Source: Camelus dromedarius (Eukaryota). From it: DNA of 64,000 bases. A model generated the notes under the pieces. That model ran no database searches. It was not told the origin of the DNA and saw nothing but the letters and a program-made list of their open reading frames with translations. The position numbers and the translations under genes were made by a program. Below are positions 25,867 to 39,645 of the stretch, piece after piece (within the stretch, counting starts at the first letter, position 1; each line of letters starts with the position of its first letter). The stretch spans positions 46,688,001 through 46,752,000 of the forward strand of contig NC_087447.1 in NCBI RefSeq assembly GCF_036321535.1, in the 5' to 3' direction.

Positions 25867-28423
25867 TTAATTTGTTTTAACTATAGATTTTAATTAGGTC
25901 TTTGGAGGTAGCAGAGGTGAATTAGAATTCTGATTAACTTCTGTGTGAAAATTAGAATCAGTTGTATCATTAAAAATTATGTTTTCATTTTATTTCTTTT
26001 CCTTAGTTTTTTCTATTATTATTCTTTTCCTTAATTTTAATTTCAGTAGGAGGTAGCATAAATATCATAACCTACCATTTTCACTTAGATAGCCTTTTGA
26101 ATGGTTTTTAACAATCCATCTTTTCCCAAAGCCAATTAGAAGTTCCTGACACACAACTTTGATATTACAGTTTCATACAATAGTGTTACTGCCCATTTAA
26201 ATGTCATTGTATTGACTTTTAAAATGTACATCTTTGCATCACAAGACTTAGAAAGTACTTTAGAACTTGTGGGAGCCCCTTGCTTGTCTTAAAAGCCTCA
26301 ATTATGGTGGCTTCCTTACAGGTCAGTCCCATCCATTTTTTTATTTAGGTTGTTTAGAAACCAAACCCTGCTGTTATAGAATTTCCACCCAGTGGTTCTA
26401 CTTTTACCTCCCAAAGCCAAGCAAAATCATTCTCCTACAATTTTTTTTTTTGTGATAATCCTATTGCCTTTCTTTGAGATCATCAGTTTCTTTTGTTCTC
26501 AGAATACTTGATTTTTATACTTCTTTCTTATCTCTTTAATCATTTGGTTATGATGTGGTTTTTCAGTATGCTTTCAAATTATTATGACCAGAACTGAATA
26601 TAACACCAATGGTAGCTTATACTAGTGCTTATGCTTGCTTGTTCTTTTAGTTTTGCTAACTTACCAGCTCTCTTTTCTATATTTTGAAATCATAGTTAAC
26701 ACAGAGAAAATTTCATATTTAAACATACAAAAATAAAAACATCCTCATATACTTTTTATGTTTGGATTTGTTGAAGGAAGTTTTTACTTGAGCAAGCCTA
26801 GGGCAGGTGACCTGTATTTGTGAAATGATGGGATCAGCTGGTGCTGGTCAGTATTTTCTTTTTAATGTATAATTGGTTGTCAAGTAACAAACTGAATAGT
26901 GAATATTAGAGTTCTTTAAAAATATCCACGTTTTCTTTAGTCTCATTGAGTAGTCCACAGACCATTATGTTATTCTGTAGCACTATGTACCAAAAGCTAC
27001 TTTTCTATATTTTTTTCTCTCCAGTAGTTTTAAATTGGGTTTAGGAACTTTCTGAATACAGATGATGTACTATATGATCTTTAAATCAACATCTGTTCTG
27101 AGTTTCACAGTCCTGAGCAAATTTGCACTCTCCTTAAATATCAACGTAGTGTTTTAGTATATAATACATACAGCAAATTTTAAGAAAGTTTAATTTGACT
27201 AAAGTGAACCTACCTTTTTTTTTTCACTTTAGGCGTTTGTCCTGTGATTGTTGTGTCTTTTCCCCCCTATTAGATTTTTCAAAATGTTTTATTTGTGACA
27301 CTCCTTTAATGTGGATTATCTTATTATATTTTGGCTTTAGCCTTATTTTAAATGTTTATAAAGGGAAAAGTATTTTTGTTTCTAAAATAACTAAAGTGTG
27401 ATTTAATTTTTTATCAGTATTTTTTGAAATAATTTATCTTGCAGAGAGGTTTATCAATCAAGGTATAATGCAGATAGTTGTGGGATTTTTTGTTGTTTTC
27501 TTTTTACTGTGTGCAGTTGTGTATCATTGTTCCTGTCTGTGACTGATGACATGGTTGTTCTTACACTTTGAAAGAAAATTAGACTAATGGGGTCATCTGT
27601 TTTCCTTTTAATTTTTATTTAAATGTAATATGGATATACCAAATGCAAATAATAAATACAGGGATCCCTTAACAGCCATTTTCATTTTTTGTCTGCGGCC
27701 CTTCTTCCTCTATATTCTCAGTATATTTATTATTTTTTATTCTGGAATTTTTACTTAGTAAATTAAATCAAAGATACTTATTTCCACCGTAAAAACAGTG
27801 GTGTTTTTAATAACTACTTAATCCACCATGTTGATGAATCATGATTTTTGCAACTGTTAACTTAATGTTGACATAGGTTGTTTCCAAGTCTTGACTATTA
27901 CAGATAATGTTCAGGAAAAATTACAAACATTTCTTTGTTTTCTTTCTAGTTTAATTACGTCCTTGGGTTAAATTTTCATTATTGAAATTATTAGGTTAAA
28001 AAATATAAAAACAATACTTGCTCTATGTGCTGTCATATTGTTACTTTTAGACAGATTAAACCAATTTGCCTAGAAGTCAGACTGCATCCCTTTTTATACA
28101 ACTGTGACATTGATAATGAGGGAGATATAAAATATTTCTTCAAGGTTGTTTTGATTTACGTTTCTATCATTATTAGCAATAAAACACCCAAGTACAATGT
28201 TACTTGTGTTGTCTCTTATGGAATGCCTCCTTGTATCTTTGGCCTTTGGTTTATTTGATTGTTGGTTTTCTTCGCACTTTGCTTGCCTGCCCCCACCAGT
28301 AATGCCATTGAGTTAGTCTGAACATTTTGAAGAGTATATCACCAAAAAGAGTCTTGAGTTCTTTGATTCAAAGCACTGGGTCCTTGAACTAACATCTTGC
28401 TTTTTCTTTTCTTTTTAAAAAAG

Positions 28424-28557
28424 CTTTGACAGATCCAAATGCCTCTGCTGCCCAGCAGGCTGTTCTCCAACAGCACATCAACAGTCTGACATATTCACCT
28501 TTTGGAGACTCTCCTCTCTTCCGGAATCCCATGTCAGACCCTAAGAAGAAAGAAGAG
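28424..28557 (+). CDS. NUP98: NUP98 exon 13
   Basis: tttttaaaaaag| LTDPNASAAQQAVLQQHINSLTYSPFGDSPLFRNPMSDPKKKEE |gtaaat; 134 nt. Confidence 0.95.
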
Positions 28558-29137
28558 GTAAATATAGGATGTTTCTATAAAATCTGCTCTCAGAGTAGGA
28601 GAAACTCAGTAGCAGAATGCAGCGTCTTAGTTATATAGCCTAAGCAAAGTTGGATGTAATTAAGTTTTTATGACACATTATGCTCTTACCAAGCCAGAGG
28701 ATAAATTATTTTTGTGTCTAGAAGGCAGCATGACAACCAGTGAAATGAGTATTACACAGGAGAGGAAGGCTGAGACTTGTCATCAGATACTATCCACATT
28801 TTATAGTTGAACAAACTAAGGCTCAAGTGGCAAGTTAAAAATATTTTCTCCTAATTTCTGTATAACTTTGTCTTAATCTCTTAGGCTTTAGAAATGATCT
28901 TCTGCTCACTGTGTTTGGTGTGGCATTAAAAGTAGTCTTTGGTCTGTTTAATCCTTGTTTTACCACTTACATTGTATGAGATGTTGGGCATCTCTTTTTG
29001 CCTGTCTTCAGTGTGTTTCATCTATAAACTGGGAATAGCATTACTGTTCAGTGTTCAGAATTAAAGTTGCTCAATATATAGAAATTATTATTCAGTCATT
29101 TATATCATCTCATTTAGTCCTCAGCCTGTTCTTTTCT

Positions 29138-30150
29138 TTTTCAGTTTTATTAAGATATAAGTGACAAACAGTACTGTGTAACTTTAAGGTGTACAACATA
29201 GTGTACTTAGATACATTATTAAGTGATTATTACAGTAAGTTTAATGAACATCCATAATCTCATATAGATAGAAAATTGAGGAAATAGAGAAAAATGTATT
29301 TTCCCTTGTGATAAGAACTCTTAGGATTTGCTCTCTTTAACAGTCTTCTTAACAGCTTTCCTATATAAAACCTACAGGAGTGTTAATTGTATTATGTTGT
29401 ACATTACATCCCTAGTACTTAATTTATCTTATAACTGGAAGTTTGTACCTTTTGAATGTCTTCATCTAATTCCCCATCCTCCAACCCCCTGCCTGTGGTA
29501 ACCATAAATCTGATCTCTTTGTCTGTGGGTTTGTTTGTTTTTGAAGTGTAATTGACCTACAACATTACGTTAGTTTCTGTTACACAACATACTGATTTGA
29601 TATTTTTATGCATTTCAGAATCAGTCACCATAATAAGTCTGGTTACTGTCTGTCACCACAATGAGATTATTACATAGTTATTTACTATATTCCCTGCACT
29701 ATACATTTCATACCTATGACTCATTTATTTGGCAACTCAAAGTTTGTACCTGTTAGTCTCCCTTATTTCTTTCCTCCCCTCACTCTGCTGTTTTCTGGCA
29801 ACCTCCTTTTTGTTCTCTGTATCTGTGACTATTTCTGTTGAGTTACGTTTGTTCATTTGTTTTTTATTTATTATTGTATTATTTTAATTACTTTATTTTG
29901 GGGGGAGGAGGTAATTAGATTTATTTATTTTTAGAGGAGGTACTGGGGATTGAACCCAGGACCTCGTGCATGCTTAGTATGCGCTCTACCACTTGAGCTA
30001 AACCCTCCCCCCGCTCATTTGTTTTTTTAGATTCCACGTATAAGTGAAATTGTGTACTATTTTTTCCATTTTATTTCATGTAGCATAATACCCTCAGGGT
30101 CCATCCATGTTGTCACAGATGGCAAGGTTTCATTCTTTTTAGTGGCTGAG
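29138..30150 (-). mobile_element. LINE-1 3' UTR fragment interrupted by a SINE
   Basis: tcttataactggaagtttgtacc, ttttagattccacgtataagtga, tccatccatgttgtcacagatggc. Confidence 0.85.
29866..30012 (-). mobile_element. tRNA-derived SINE (Vic-1-like) nested in L1
   Basis: gaggtactggggattgaacccaggacctcgtgcatgcttag; TSD g(t/c)tcatttgtttttt at 29851-29865 and 30013-30027. Confidence 0.92.
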
Positions 30151-30954
30151 TACCTCAGCTGGTCCTTAAATTGAACCAGTAACTAGATTTAATGAGAAGC
30201 AAAATACGAAGTTAGAGTGCTTTTTACACCAGAAATTAACAGGACATTGTAAACTGACTATACTTGAGTTTTTCTTTTTTAATTAAGAAATAATTTATGG
30301 TTAAAAAAATAAAGTGCTTTTTAAAGTGCTGTGTAAACATAGGCTGTAATTAGATGACAATTATATGTTGACCTGATCAAGGAACATAATTTTAGGTCCC
30401 TAAATATTTGCTAGTCATTGTGTTCAGCACTAAGGATACAAAATGAAAATAAATAAGTTCTTATCTGAGAGTTTTCTGTCTAGTTAGGAAGATCATACCT
30501 GTACATTCATGGCTGTGCCTCAGTTTTTCTTGAAGCATAAGATTTTTGGTTTAATTGAAAAATAATTAGGCTTAGGAATTTTTGATATTATATTTTCTTA
30601 AAATGAATATAAATATTATCTTTGTTTTAGAAAACAAAACAATTGCAGGCTGCTCTCTTTCGTAAGATGGAGAGAAATGCACAAAGTACATTAATATGTT
30701 CTGTTAGTACATTTTGATTTACAAAGCACTTCAAATGCAGTATCTCAATTACATTTTTAAACAAATCAGACAAACCCATTGAAGTGAGGTCTGGAGAGAT
30801 GAATAAAAATCAATTATAGAGAAATAGGCAGTTCAGTTAGCATTCGCACTAGCATTCACACATATATACAAAGTTGGGTGTTCTGGGAGCCAAGATTCCA
30901 AAAGGTATGTAGTAGATGAATGGCAGAGATGAAGTTTGAACTCTGGTATTACGA

Positions 30955-31290
30955 TTTTTTTTTAATTGAAGCATGGTCAGTTACAATGTGTCAGTCTCTG
31001 GTGTACAGCACAATATCCCAGTCATGCATATACATGCATATATTCGTTTATATGTTTTTTTCCATTAGAGGTTATTACAAGATATTGAACATAGTTCCCT
31101 GTGCTATACGGAAGAAACTTCTTTTTAATCTGTTTTTATATATAGTGGCTAACGTTTACAAATCTCAAACTCCCAAATTTATCCCTTCCCACCCGCTTTC
31201 CCCAGCAACCATAAGGTTGGTTGTTTACTAAGTCTGCAAGTCTGTTTCTGTTTTGTAGATGAATTCATAGTGTCTTTTTTTTTTTTTTTT
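30955..31290 (-). mobile_element. Young L1 3' end abutting the exon 14 acceptor
   Basis: T9-aattgaagcatggtcagttacaatgtgtc...gatattgaacatagttccctgtgctatac; near-identical to 16037-16213 and 13230-13471. Confidence 0.88.
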
Positions 31291-31298
31291 CTTTTCAG

Positions 31299-31486
31299 AG
31301 ATTGAAACCAACAAATCCAGCAGCCCAAAAGGCTCTCACAACACCTACTCATTATAAACTGACACCCCGCCCTGCCACCAGAGTCCGACCAAAGGCTTTA
31401 CAAACAACAGGCACAGCCAAGTCACATCTCTTTGATGGACTGGATGATGACGAACCATCCTTAGCCAATGGAGCATTCATGCCCAA
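31299..31486 (+). CDS. NUP98: NUP98 exon 14
   Basis: T-tract cttttcag| RLKPTNPAAQKALTTPTHYKLTPRPATRVRPK...ANGAFMP |gtgagt; 188 nt. Confidence 0.96.
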
Positions 31487-32639
31487 GTGAGTTTTTGTTA
31501 AATGTAAAATATTAATATAAACTAAGTATAAAACTATTTACTTAAATGTGCTACAAATGTTATACAGTCTTTTTAATTTGAAAAAAATGGAATATCATGA
31601 AGAAGAATAAAAATGACTTGATCATTCCCAGGGGTAATCATAGTTAACATAAAAATGTTTTGGTTAATATGCTTCTAGTTTTGCTTGTGCATGTTACTTG
31701 GTTTTGTTTTTGAGAAATTAGTACTTACATAATTTTATTTTAAACAGAATACACTATTTTCTTACAACTCAAATTGGCCAAACCAATTTAAGAAAAACAA
31801 AAACTATAGGGATATTTGTTTTAATTCCCATACATACAGATATTGAATAAATAATAAATAATTACACAGAAAATAACTTCAGGAAAGTATATAGAAGAGT
31901 TGTTGGTAAACATTGAAAATTATGCTTAAAGTATGCATTAGAGCAAACATGCTGTAGAGTGTTGTTATGTATACACAGGGAAAAAACTAGAGAAAAATAC
32001 ATACCAAACTGTTAACAGTAGCTAACATCTGGTAAGTATTTCAGGGCATTTCATTTCTAGATTTGTTTTTCTGGAGACATAGCTAAACATACATACACAT
32101 GCACACACAGGCTTTTTATTTATTTTTGAACATCAAATACTTTTCTAATCAGAAAGAAAAGGGTTTTTTGTTTTCCTTTGTTTTTGTTTTAAAGCGTTGG
32201 AGAGAAGTGGGAATTTATCACTTGCAATTCTTTGTCATCATTCCTTTTTTCCCCCTTAAAAATATGTTGGGTTGCTGCTTCAGAAAAGATAGAAAGTCCA
32301 ATTTATACATTTCTTAAAACATTGTTGGATTATTTTGAAGGCAGTGACTTGTGTATAATTCATGTTTATGTCCCCAGCATTTAGCAAATTGTTTGGTATA
32401 GAGTAGATAAAAAGGGCTTAGATTCACCTTTTTCAGTCCGATCGTCAGATCAGCAACTTGAAGGGCAGTTTCCCCAGGCCTTAGGATTTACAAGTATGAT
32501 ATACAAATAGAAAAGATTGGAGTGCAAAGGCACACATTTTGCTTTTAATACCGTGTCCCCTTCTCAGCTTCCACTTCTGTGATGTTGCTCTTAACAGTCT
32601 TTATTTAATGTATCAGAAGTACTTATACAGTTATTCTGT

Positions 32640-33600
32640 CCCTCTTCCTTGATTTACTTTGAATGACTTCCAGGAACCCCACATTTTCCCGTTTTATTCC
32701 TACCTTACTGGTTGCTCTTTCCGTCTTTCTTGCTGGTTCCTCTTTTTCCTGGCCTCTTAAAGTTGAAATGTCCCTAGGCCCAGTTCTTGATCACTTTATC
32801 TTTACTCGCTTCCGAAGTGATTAATTTAATTCGGGGCTTTTAAAATATCTATAGGCTAATAATTTTTTATCTCCAGCCTGGACCTCCCTCCTGTACTTTA
32901 AATTCTTATATGTAGCCCTACTCAACATCTCTACTTGCATGTCTAATAGACATTTCAAAATTAATATATCCAACACCTGAGCTCCTGATCTTCCACCTTA
33001 AAGCTCTTTCATCTAAAAACCTTCCCTACTGCAGGTAATTGCATTTCTGTCACTCTGGTTGCTCAGGCAAAACTTTGGAATCATCATTGACTTTTTTCAT
33101 ACATTCCATATCTAAACCATCAGCAGATCTTTGTTGTACCTTTAAAAATTATCCAGAATCTGTTGTAGATATCTCACATTTTGTTTATCCATTTGTCTGT
33201 TGGTGAACATTTAGGTTGTTTTTACCTTTTAGCTATGCAAATAGTGCTGCTACGAATGTTAGTATACAAATATCTGAGTCCCTGGCTTCAATTCTATTGG
33301 GTATATTCCTAGGACTGGAATTGTTTGGTCCTACATTAATTCTGTATTTAACCTTTTAAAGAATTGCCAAACTGTTGTCTATAGCAGCCGTCCATTTTAC
33401 ATTTCTACCAGCATTGCACAGTGTTTCTATTTTCTCCATATTCTTATCAGCACTTGTTATATTCTGGTTGGTCTGTTATGTTTATCATAGCCATACTAGT
33501 GGATGTGAAGTGGTACCTCATGTTTGTAATTTACATTTCCTTTTTGATTAGTAATGTTGCATATCTTATCATGGGGTTATTGGCCATTTGTCTTCTTGGC
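32640..33600. mobile_element. Adjacent L2 (about 32640-33160) and antisense L1M (about 33170-33600) fragments
   Basis: ctccagcctggacctccctcctg...gctcaggcaaaactttggaatcatc (L2); gccatactagtggatgtgaagtggtacctc (L1). Confidence 0.75.
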
Positions 33601-34055
33601 AGAAAACTTCTTGGCAGTAACTGGAGTTCAAGGATAATGATATTAATGTTCAGAGGTTTGTTTTTTTTTTATGATGGGTGCTTATTGAAATGAGTTAAAT
33701 CTGAACTTAGGGCCACCTGCTTTTTACTTTTAGTCCTCTTTTAACTTCAGTGGTAAAGACTTTCCAGGTCCCAACACAAAACAAGTGGCATTCACTAGTG
33801 CCCCATCACCTTGGTGGCTCAGTCTGTGTCTCCCTGGTTCCACAAGACTGTCAAGTGCACCATCAGGCTCTTAGTCTTCCTCTTGGAATCACAAAAGTTC
33901 CCAGGAGAAAAATAACCCCAAATACCAGACATCTCCCTGTGCCACTGTCTCCCTAGGTTGCTGGTACAGTCATTTTTCACTATCTAGTTGGCTCTCAGTG
34001 CCTAAGTGGAGGTTAATTAAGATATCTTATAATCCTAAAAATACGTTTTTTTCAG

Positions 34056-34150
34056 ATATATATATATATATCTGAATTGCTTTGCTATACACCTCAAACT
34101 AACATTGTAAATCAACTACACTTCAATAAACAATAAAATTTTGAAAAAAA
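34056..34150 (+). mobile_element. Very short L1 3' terminus
   Basis: ctgaattgctttgctatacacctcaaactaacattgtaaatcaactacacttcaataaa + A-rich tail. Confidence 0.75.
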
Positions 34151-34778
34151 TATCTTATGTGCCCTTCTGCCTAAAGCTTGTTTACTGTAGAGGTTCTTGC
34201 CTCAAGTAAACCTACTGTATACACAAACCTAAACACTTCCGGTATTTGTGATCATTTGCATCATTAGATACCAGAGTTTTTTACTACTCTTTTTTTTTAA
34301 AGAAATCTTCCTCATTTAATCAACAAATACCTATTCTCCTATTTTCCTTCAAGGCAGCATACCAAGTTCTATGGAGGAGCAGACATAAATCTTGACTGCC
34401 AAAAAAGAAAAAATACTTAAAGAGAGAAAAGTCATGTAGAGAAATAATTGAAATATACAACATAGTGTGATAAGTAAACTAGTGTCTGGGCAAAGTGCTC
34501 AGGAAGTTCAGAAAAGTTAGAATGTTTTCAAGGGGATTTCCTTACTTGGTTTTGATGTGCTTCGCTTATTCTGCCAAACACTACAGTGTAATATGTTTGA
34601 GATTTTATGTTCTGATTATGTATTGATGGGAAAAGTTTGTGAATTGAACTTCTTAGGTCAGTTTTAGAGGTATGTGAGTTGAATAAGAGTGCCCTTTTCG
34701 ACTCCAGGTTTTAAGATAATGTATGTGACCTAATTATGTGTGCCTGAGTTCTTTTTTTCCTTTGGTCTCTGATTATAG

Positions 34779-34895
34779 GAAGAGCATTAAGAAGTTGGTT
34801 TTGAAAAACCTTAATAATAGCAATCTCTTCTCTCCTGTTAATCGTGATTCAGAAGATCTAGCTTCACCGTCTGATTTTCCAGAAAATGGAGAGAG
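34779..34895 (+). CDS. NUP98: NUP98 exon 15
   Basis: attatag| KSIKKLVLKNLNNSNLFSPVNRDSEDLASPSDFPENGE |gtaaac; 117 nt. Confidence 0.96.
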
Positions 34896-36068
34896 GTAAA
34901 CAATTCTGCTTTGGGTTATTTCTGGTAGAGAGCCCTGTTCTCATTTTGAAGAGATTCTGAGTTTAAAACTGACTCATGCTATGAAAATTTATGAAGTTCG
35001 GTGAATATTGCATAGAAGTATTACAGCACATGAGCACCTGGAAATTATGTCATGTTTTTGCTTCTTGAGTACTTTATCCCTTAAAATGATTGTTTTTCTA
35101 ATTTAGTTCTGCAAAACTGTTTTGTTATCCATGTATGTCATTTTGGACAGGGTTAGCATGCATATGACACCCCTTGCCCCCCTAAAAATAAGGGATATTT
35201 TGTTTGTGATCATTATTAATGTGATACGTAGTTGTAACCAACTAAACAACAACCAAAAACACCCATTAGAGAAATACATAAAGGAAGAAGTGCAGGTGTA
35301 TACACTAATCTTTAATAATTTGGTATATATTTTTAGGGTTTTTAGAGATTATGCATGAATGATATAATCTGTAACCTGCTTATTTCCACTTATTTTATTA
35401 TAAACACCTTTCCACATTGATACGAATAATCTGCCCCATCTTTAATGACGCTGTAACTATTGTGAATGTAAGATAATTCAGTCAGTCCTCTAGTGGAGGT
35501 CATTTAGATTATTTTGGTATTCCTATATTTAGAATTATGCTTCAGTGAAAAATCCTTGTATGTATGTCCTTGCACTCCTGTTTTCTTCTCTTTGGATAAC
35601 AATTTTGATTTTTCATTAATGAAGCATTTTCCAATACCTTGCTGAATTCTAATACCTTGCTATTAAAAATCTAAAAATTCAGTTTTTTATTTTGAAATTC
35701 ACCACTGATGATTTGACCCCCACATAGTAGAGCGCGCACACACACACACCCAACTAAAAATTGGAATGCTCACATTCATTCATTCATTCATGAAAATATT
35801 TCAGTTAAAAGCATGGAATCTATAGCCAGATTTTATAGTGATTATTTTTCTGTGACCTTTGACAAGTTATTTTTCTGTGTCTGAGTTTTCTATAAAATAG
35901 AATGATAGTAACCTATTGTTTACAAGATTATTATAAGAACTTTTAATACATGGAATAAGCTAGAACAGTGCAAGATACTTAGTAAAGGCTTAGTAATGGT
36001 TGACTGCTATCATTGTTACTACTACTATTACAAGGGGCTAAGGTATTTTTTATTTTCTCCCTTTTCAG

Positions 36069-36364
36069 ATTCAGTTTTCTGAGCAAACCAGTTGATGAGA
36101 ACCATCAGCAGGATGGAGATGATGATTCTCTTGTGTCACGTTTTTATACTAACCCTATTGCCAAACCCATTCCTCAAACCCCAGAGAGTGCTGGAAATAA
36201 ACATAACAGCAGCAACAATGTGGATGACACCATTGTTGCATTAAACATGCGTGCTGCCTTGCGAAATGGGCTGGAAGGAAGCAGTGAAGAGACCTCTTTT
36301 CATGAGGAGTCACTGCAGGATGACCGAGAAGAAATAGAAAATACTTACAATATGCATCCGGCAG
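36069..36364 (+). CDS. NUP98: NUP98 exon 16
   Basis: cttttcag| FSFLSKPVDENHQQDG...REEIENTYNMHPA |gtcaga; 296 nt. Confidence 0.96.
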
Positions 36365-37213
36365 GTCAGACTCAGATCCTCACATGAGTAATCTCTTACC
36401 AGTCTTTTGTGACCTCTTGTTTGTCACAGGTTTTCAACATAGTAGAAGTCAGCTTTCTGAACTTTTAAATCTTTTTTATTGCATTTTATGGAAGTTAACA
36501 TTTAAACACTTTTCACTGGTGCTTTGGTTGATTTGTAATTCATATTTTGTACTTTTGGTGTAGTTAATACTCATTTTATTAAGTATCCTGGTATAATTTA
36601 AATATATCATATTTTATAGCCACAGAGACTATTCTCATAACTTTTCCTAGCCTTATAATCTCACATAGATTGCTTATTGTTTTTTTAATTAAAATGATAG
36701 CAGTAATTACTTATCATATGAGGTTTTTGAGATTCAAGTAGATTAAGCATGTAAACCATAATGACTAGTATATGGATTCATGTGTTAGTGGTTGCTATGG
36801 TTATTTATTATCACCTCAGTTTTGTGCTTTTCTTTTTTTGCTCCCAACAATGAACTGATTAGTTTTTCCCAACTAAGCCATGAAACAACTAGTATAAACT
36901 GCAAAATTGTAATATGTTGATCAGATGCTTAAAGTTTGCCTTTTTTCTGTGTTGATTTAACGTCTCATTTGGGTTTTGATGAATGTCATTTCCCCTCCCC
37001 CCATTTTTAAAAGCTGAGGTGCAATTTATATAGTGAGGTGCCTAGATCTTAAATGTGCATTTCAGTGAATTTTGACATATATATTCTCAAGTATCCAGTA
37101 CTTAATCAAGAGATAGAATATTTCTTTCATCCTGGAAAGTTCCTTTGTGTCCCTGTCTCCAGAAGCCAACCACAGCCTGGTTTCTGTCACATAGATTAGT
37201 TTTGCTTATTCTT

Positions 37214-37368
37214 TTTTTTTTTTTTTTTTTGAATTTTGTTTTTGTTTTTGTTTTTGGAGGGAGAGGAGGTAGTTAGGTTCACTTATTTTAATGGCAGTAC
37301 TGGGGAATGAACTCAGGACTTCATGCATGCTAAACACACGCTCTACCACTGAGCTGTACCCTCCCCCC
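37214..37368 (-). mobile_element. tRNA-derived SINE (Vic-1-like) nested in old L1M fragment (about 37010-37590)
   Basis: long poly-T, SINE body; TSD agttttgc(t/c)tattctt at 37198-37213 and 37369-37384. Confidence 0.9.
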
Positions 37369-38678
37369 AGTTTTGCCTATTCTTGAATTTCATATAAATG
37401 AAATCATGTTATACATACTCTTTTTGACTCTAATTTTTATGAAATTTTATCCATGTTGTATACTTACTGACAGTTCATTCTTTTTATTGCTGAGTAGTAT
37501 TTCATTATATGAATGTGACACATTTGGTTTCTCCATTCTGTTAGTGAACATTGAGGTTATTTTACAGTTTTTTTTGATGTGTCTGTGAAATGATTCTGTA
37601 TCTGATTATCTTACTGCCTTCATTTATATCTTCTAGTCACTTGGTGCCCTAAGGAAAAACTTTATACTTTCACATTAAGAATCCCAAGTATATTTGTGTT
37701 TATACATTTACATGAATTCATTATGATACTACATATTGGTCTTTCTAGTTTTCTCATTGACCTTGTTCACTACCTCCCAATTTAGAATTCCATTCCTAGG
37801 GTTACTTTTACAGCCCTCAAAACCTTGTGCATAGAGAAGCAAGTTAACCATGAATGGGCCTTACTGGAGGCTGAAATTTGATCTTATATTAGCCTTAAGC
37901 TCTTTCTCTCTCAGAGAGCGAGTTAGCATGATGTCTACCTATAAATGGAACAAGGAGTGATTGAACAAACATACCTGTACTATGTTTTCTTTTATCTCTT
38001 CAGAAATCTACCTAGTTAATACTTTTTAAAATAATGGTAATATAGACCTTTAGGTTTCCATTTGTCTGTGGAACTTTCTCATGTAGGACTTTTCATCTTG
38101 ATTTTAGCTCTCAATTTGGAGATGTAAATTTGAAAGATACAAGAGGTTTATAGACAAGATACAAAACAAAGTATTGGGTTTGGAGTTTTAGTTCCACCTC
38201 TACCACTGAATTACTGTATAAGACAAAATCCTGGATTTGGGCATCTTCTATGTGTAAAATAAAAGAAAAAATAAGTCTTTCGCAGAAATGTATTCTATGG
38301 AATGCCTTTCATAGTGCAGTATGTTTATGGGTGTCATTTGTAAAGGATTCTGTGATCAGTTAAGTCTTGGAAACACTGGATTAAGTAAGGTTAAATAGAT
38401 TTTGGGGGGGGGTTCATAACCTGTAATATACTATCTTGTGCATGTTCCCCAAAGTTATTTGACCAGAAAGCTTTTTTTTTAAAAAAAAAAAATGGTTTCC
38501 CCCGGGAGTAGTGTTTCTTAGAAAACCAGTTTGGAAAAATGCTTTATTTCAGTATATTTTCTCTTTACATAAAAATTTAGTTCCGATTATTTCAGGTAGT
38601 TTTTTAAATTATCCTTTTTGTAGGAAATTTTTTAAAAGGAAAAAGTGAAATGAATATTACTGAATATTCTCTAATTAA

Positions 38679-38882
<204 letters not shown>

Positions 38883-39506
38883 TAGTTAAGTAAAGGAAGC
38901 TCTTGATAGCTGAATTTGTGTTTTGCCTACATTTGGACCCACCTTGGCGTGACTAGATGCTGATTGACAAGTAACAAAATAAGACTAGAACCTTGTAACA
39001 TTCTTTCGTAAGTATTTGACCTACTGCAGTTTTCAACAATTAAAGAAAATACTGTAAACAGCAAGAAATACTAAGTGAGAAAATTGAATTGTTGACAAGA
39101 GATGGGTGATATTTAGGTTCAACTTCATATTAAGTTATTACGGATTTAATTTTCTTGGGTAAAAAAATCTCGTCTTGCTGTATTTTAACACTAAAAGAAG
39201 GATTTGGGTATTTTAATTCATGCTGCAGGCTGGGGCTAAGGGTTGTTTATTGAGCAGCAGTACAGATACTTGGGAAGAGATTTTTAAAGGCTGTTTTGAG
39301 GATAACACAAGTGCTGTGAAAATGCATATGTTAAATCAGGTTAACACTGTATTTGATATCACCTTCTAATACTTATGTTAGATGAAATAACCCATTCAAA
39401 GTGTTGCTAGATGATTTAAAACATTCATTAATGTTTAAAACTGCTTACTAGTAGATATTTGCCCTCTATACAAGATAAGTTTTTAACTGTTTACTCTGCC
39501 TTATAG

Positions 39507-39645
39507 GTTATGGTTCAATCTATTTTGAAGGAGAAGTGAATTTGACAAATCTAAATTTAGATGATATTGTGCATATCCGAAGGAAAGAAGTGATTGTCTA
39601 TTTAGATGATAACCAAAAACCACCTGTGGGTGAAGGACTAAATAG
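39507..39645 (+). CDS. NUP98: NUP98 exon 18 (autoproteolytic domain)
   Basis: ccttatag| [45 protein letters not shown] |gtatga; 139 nt. Confidence 0.97.
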
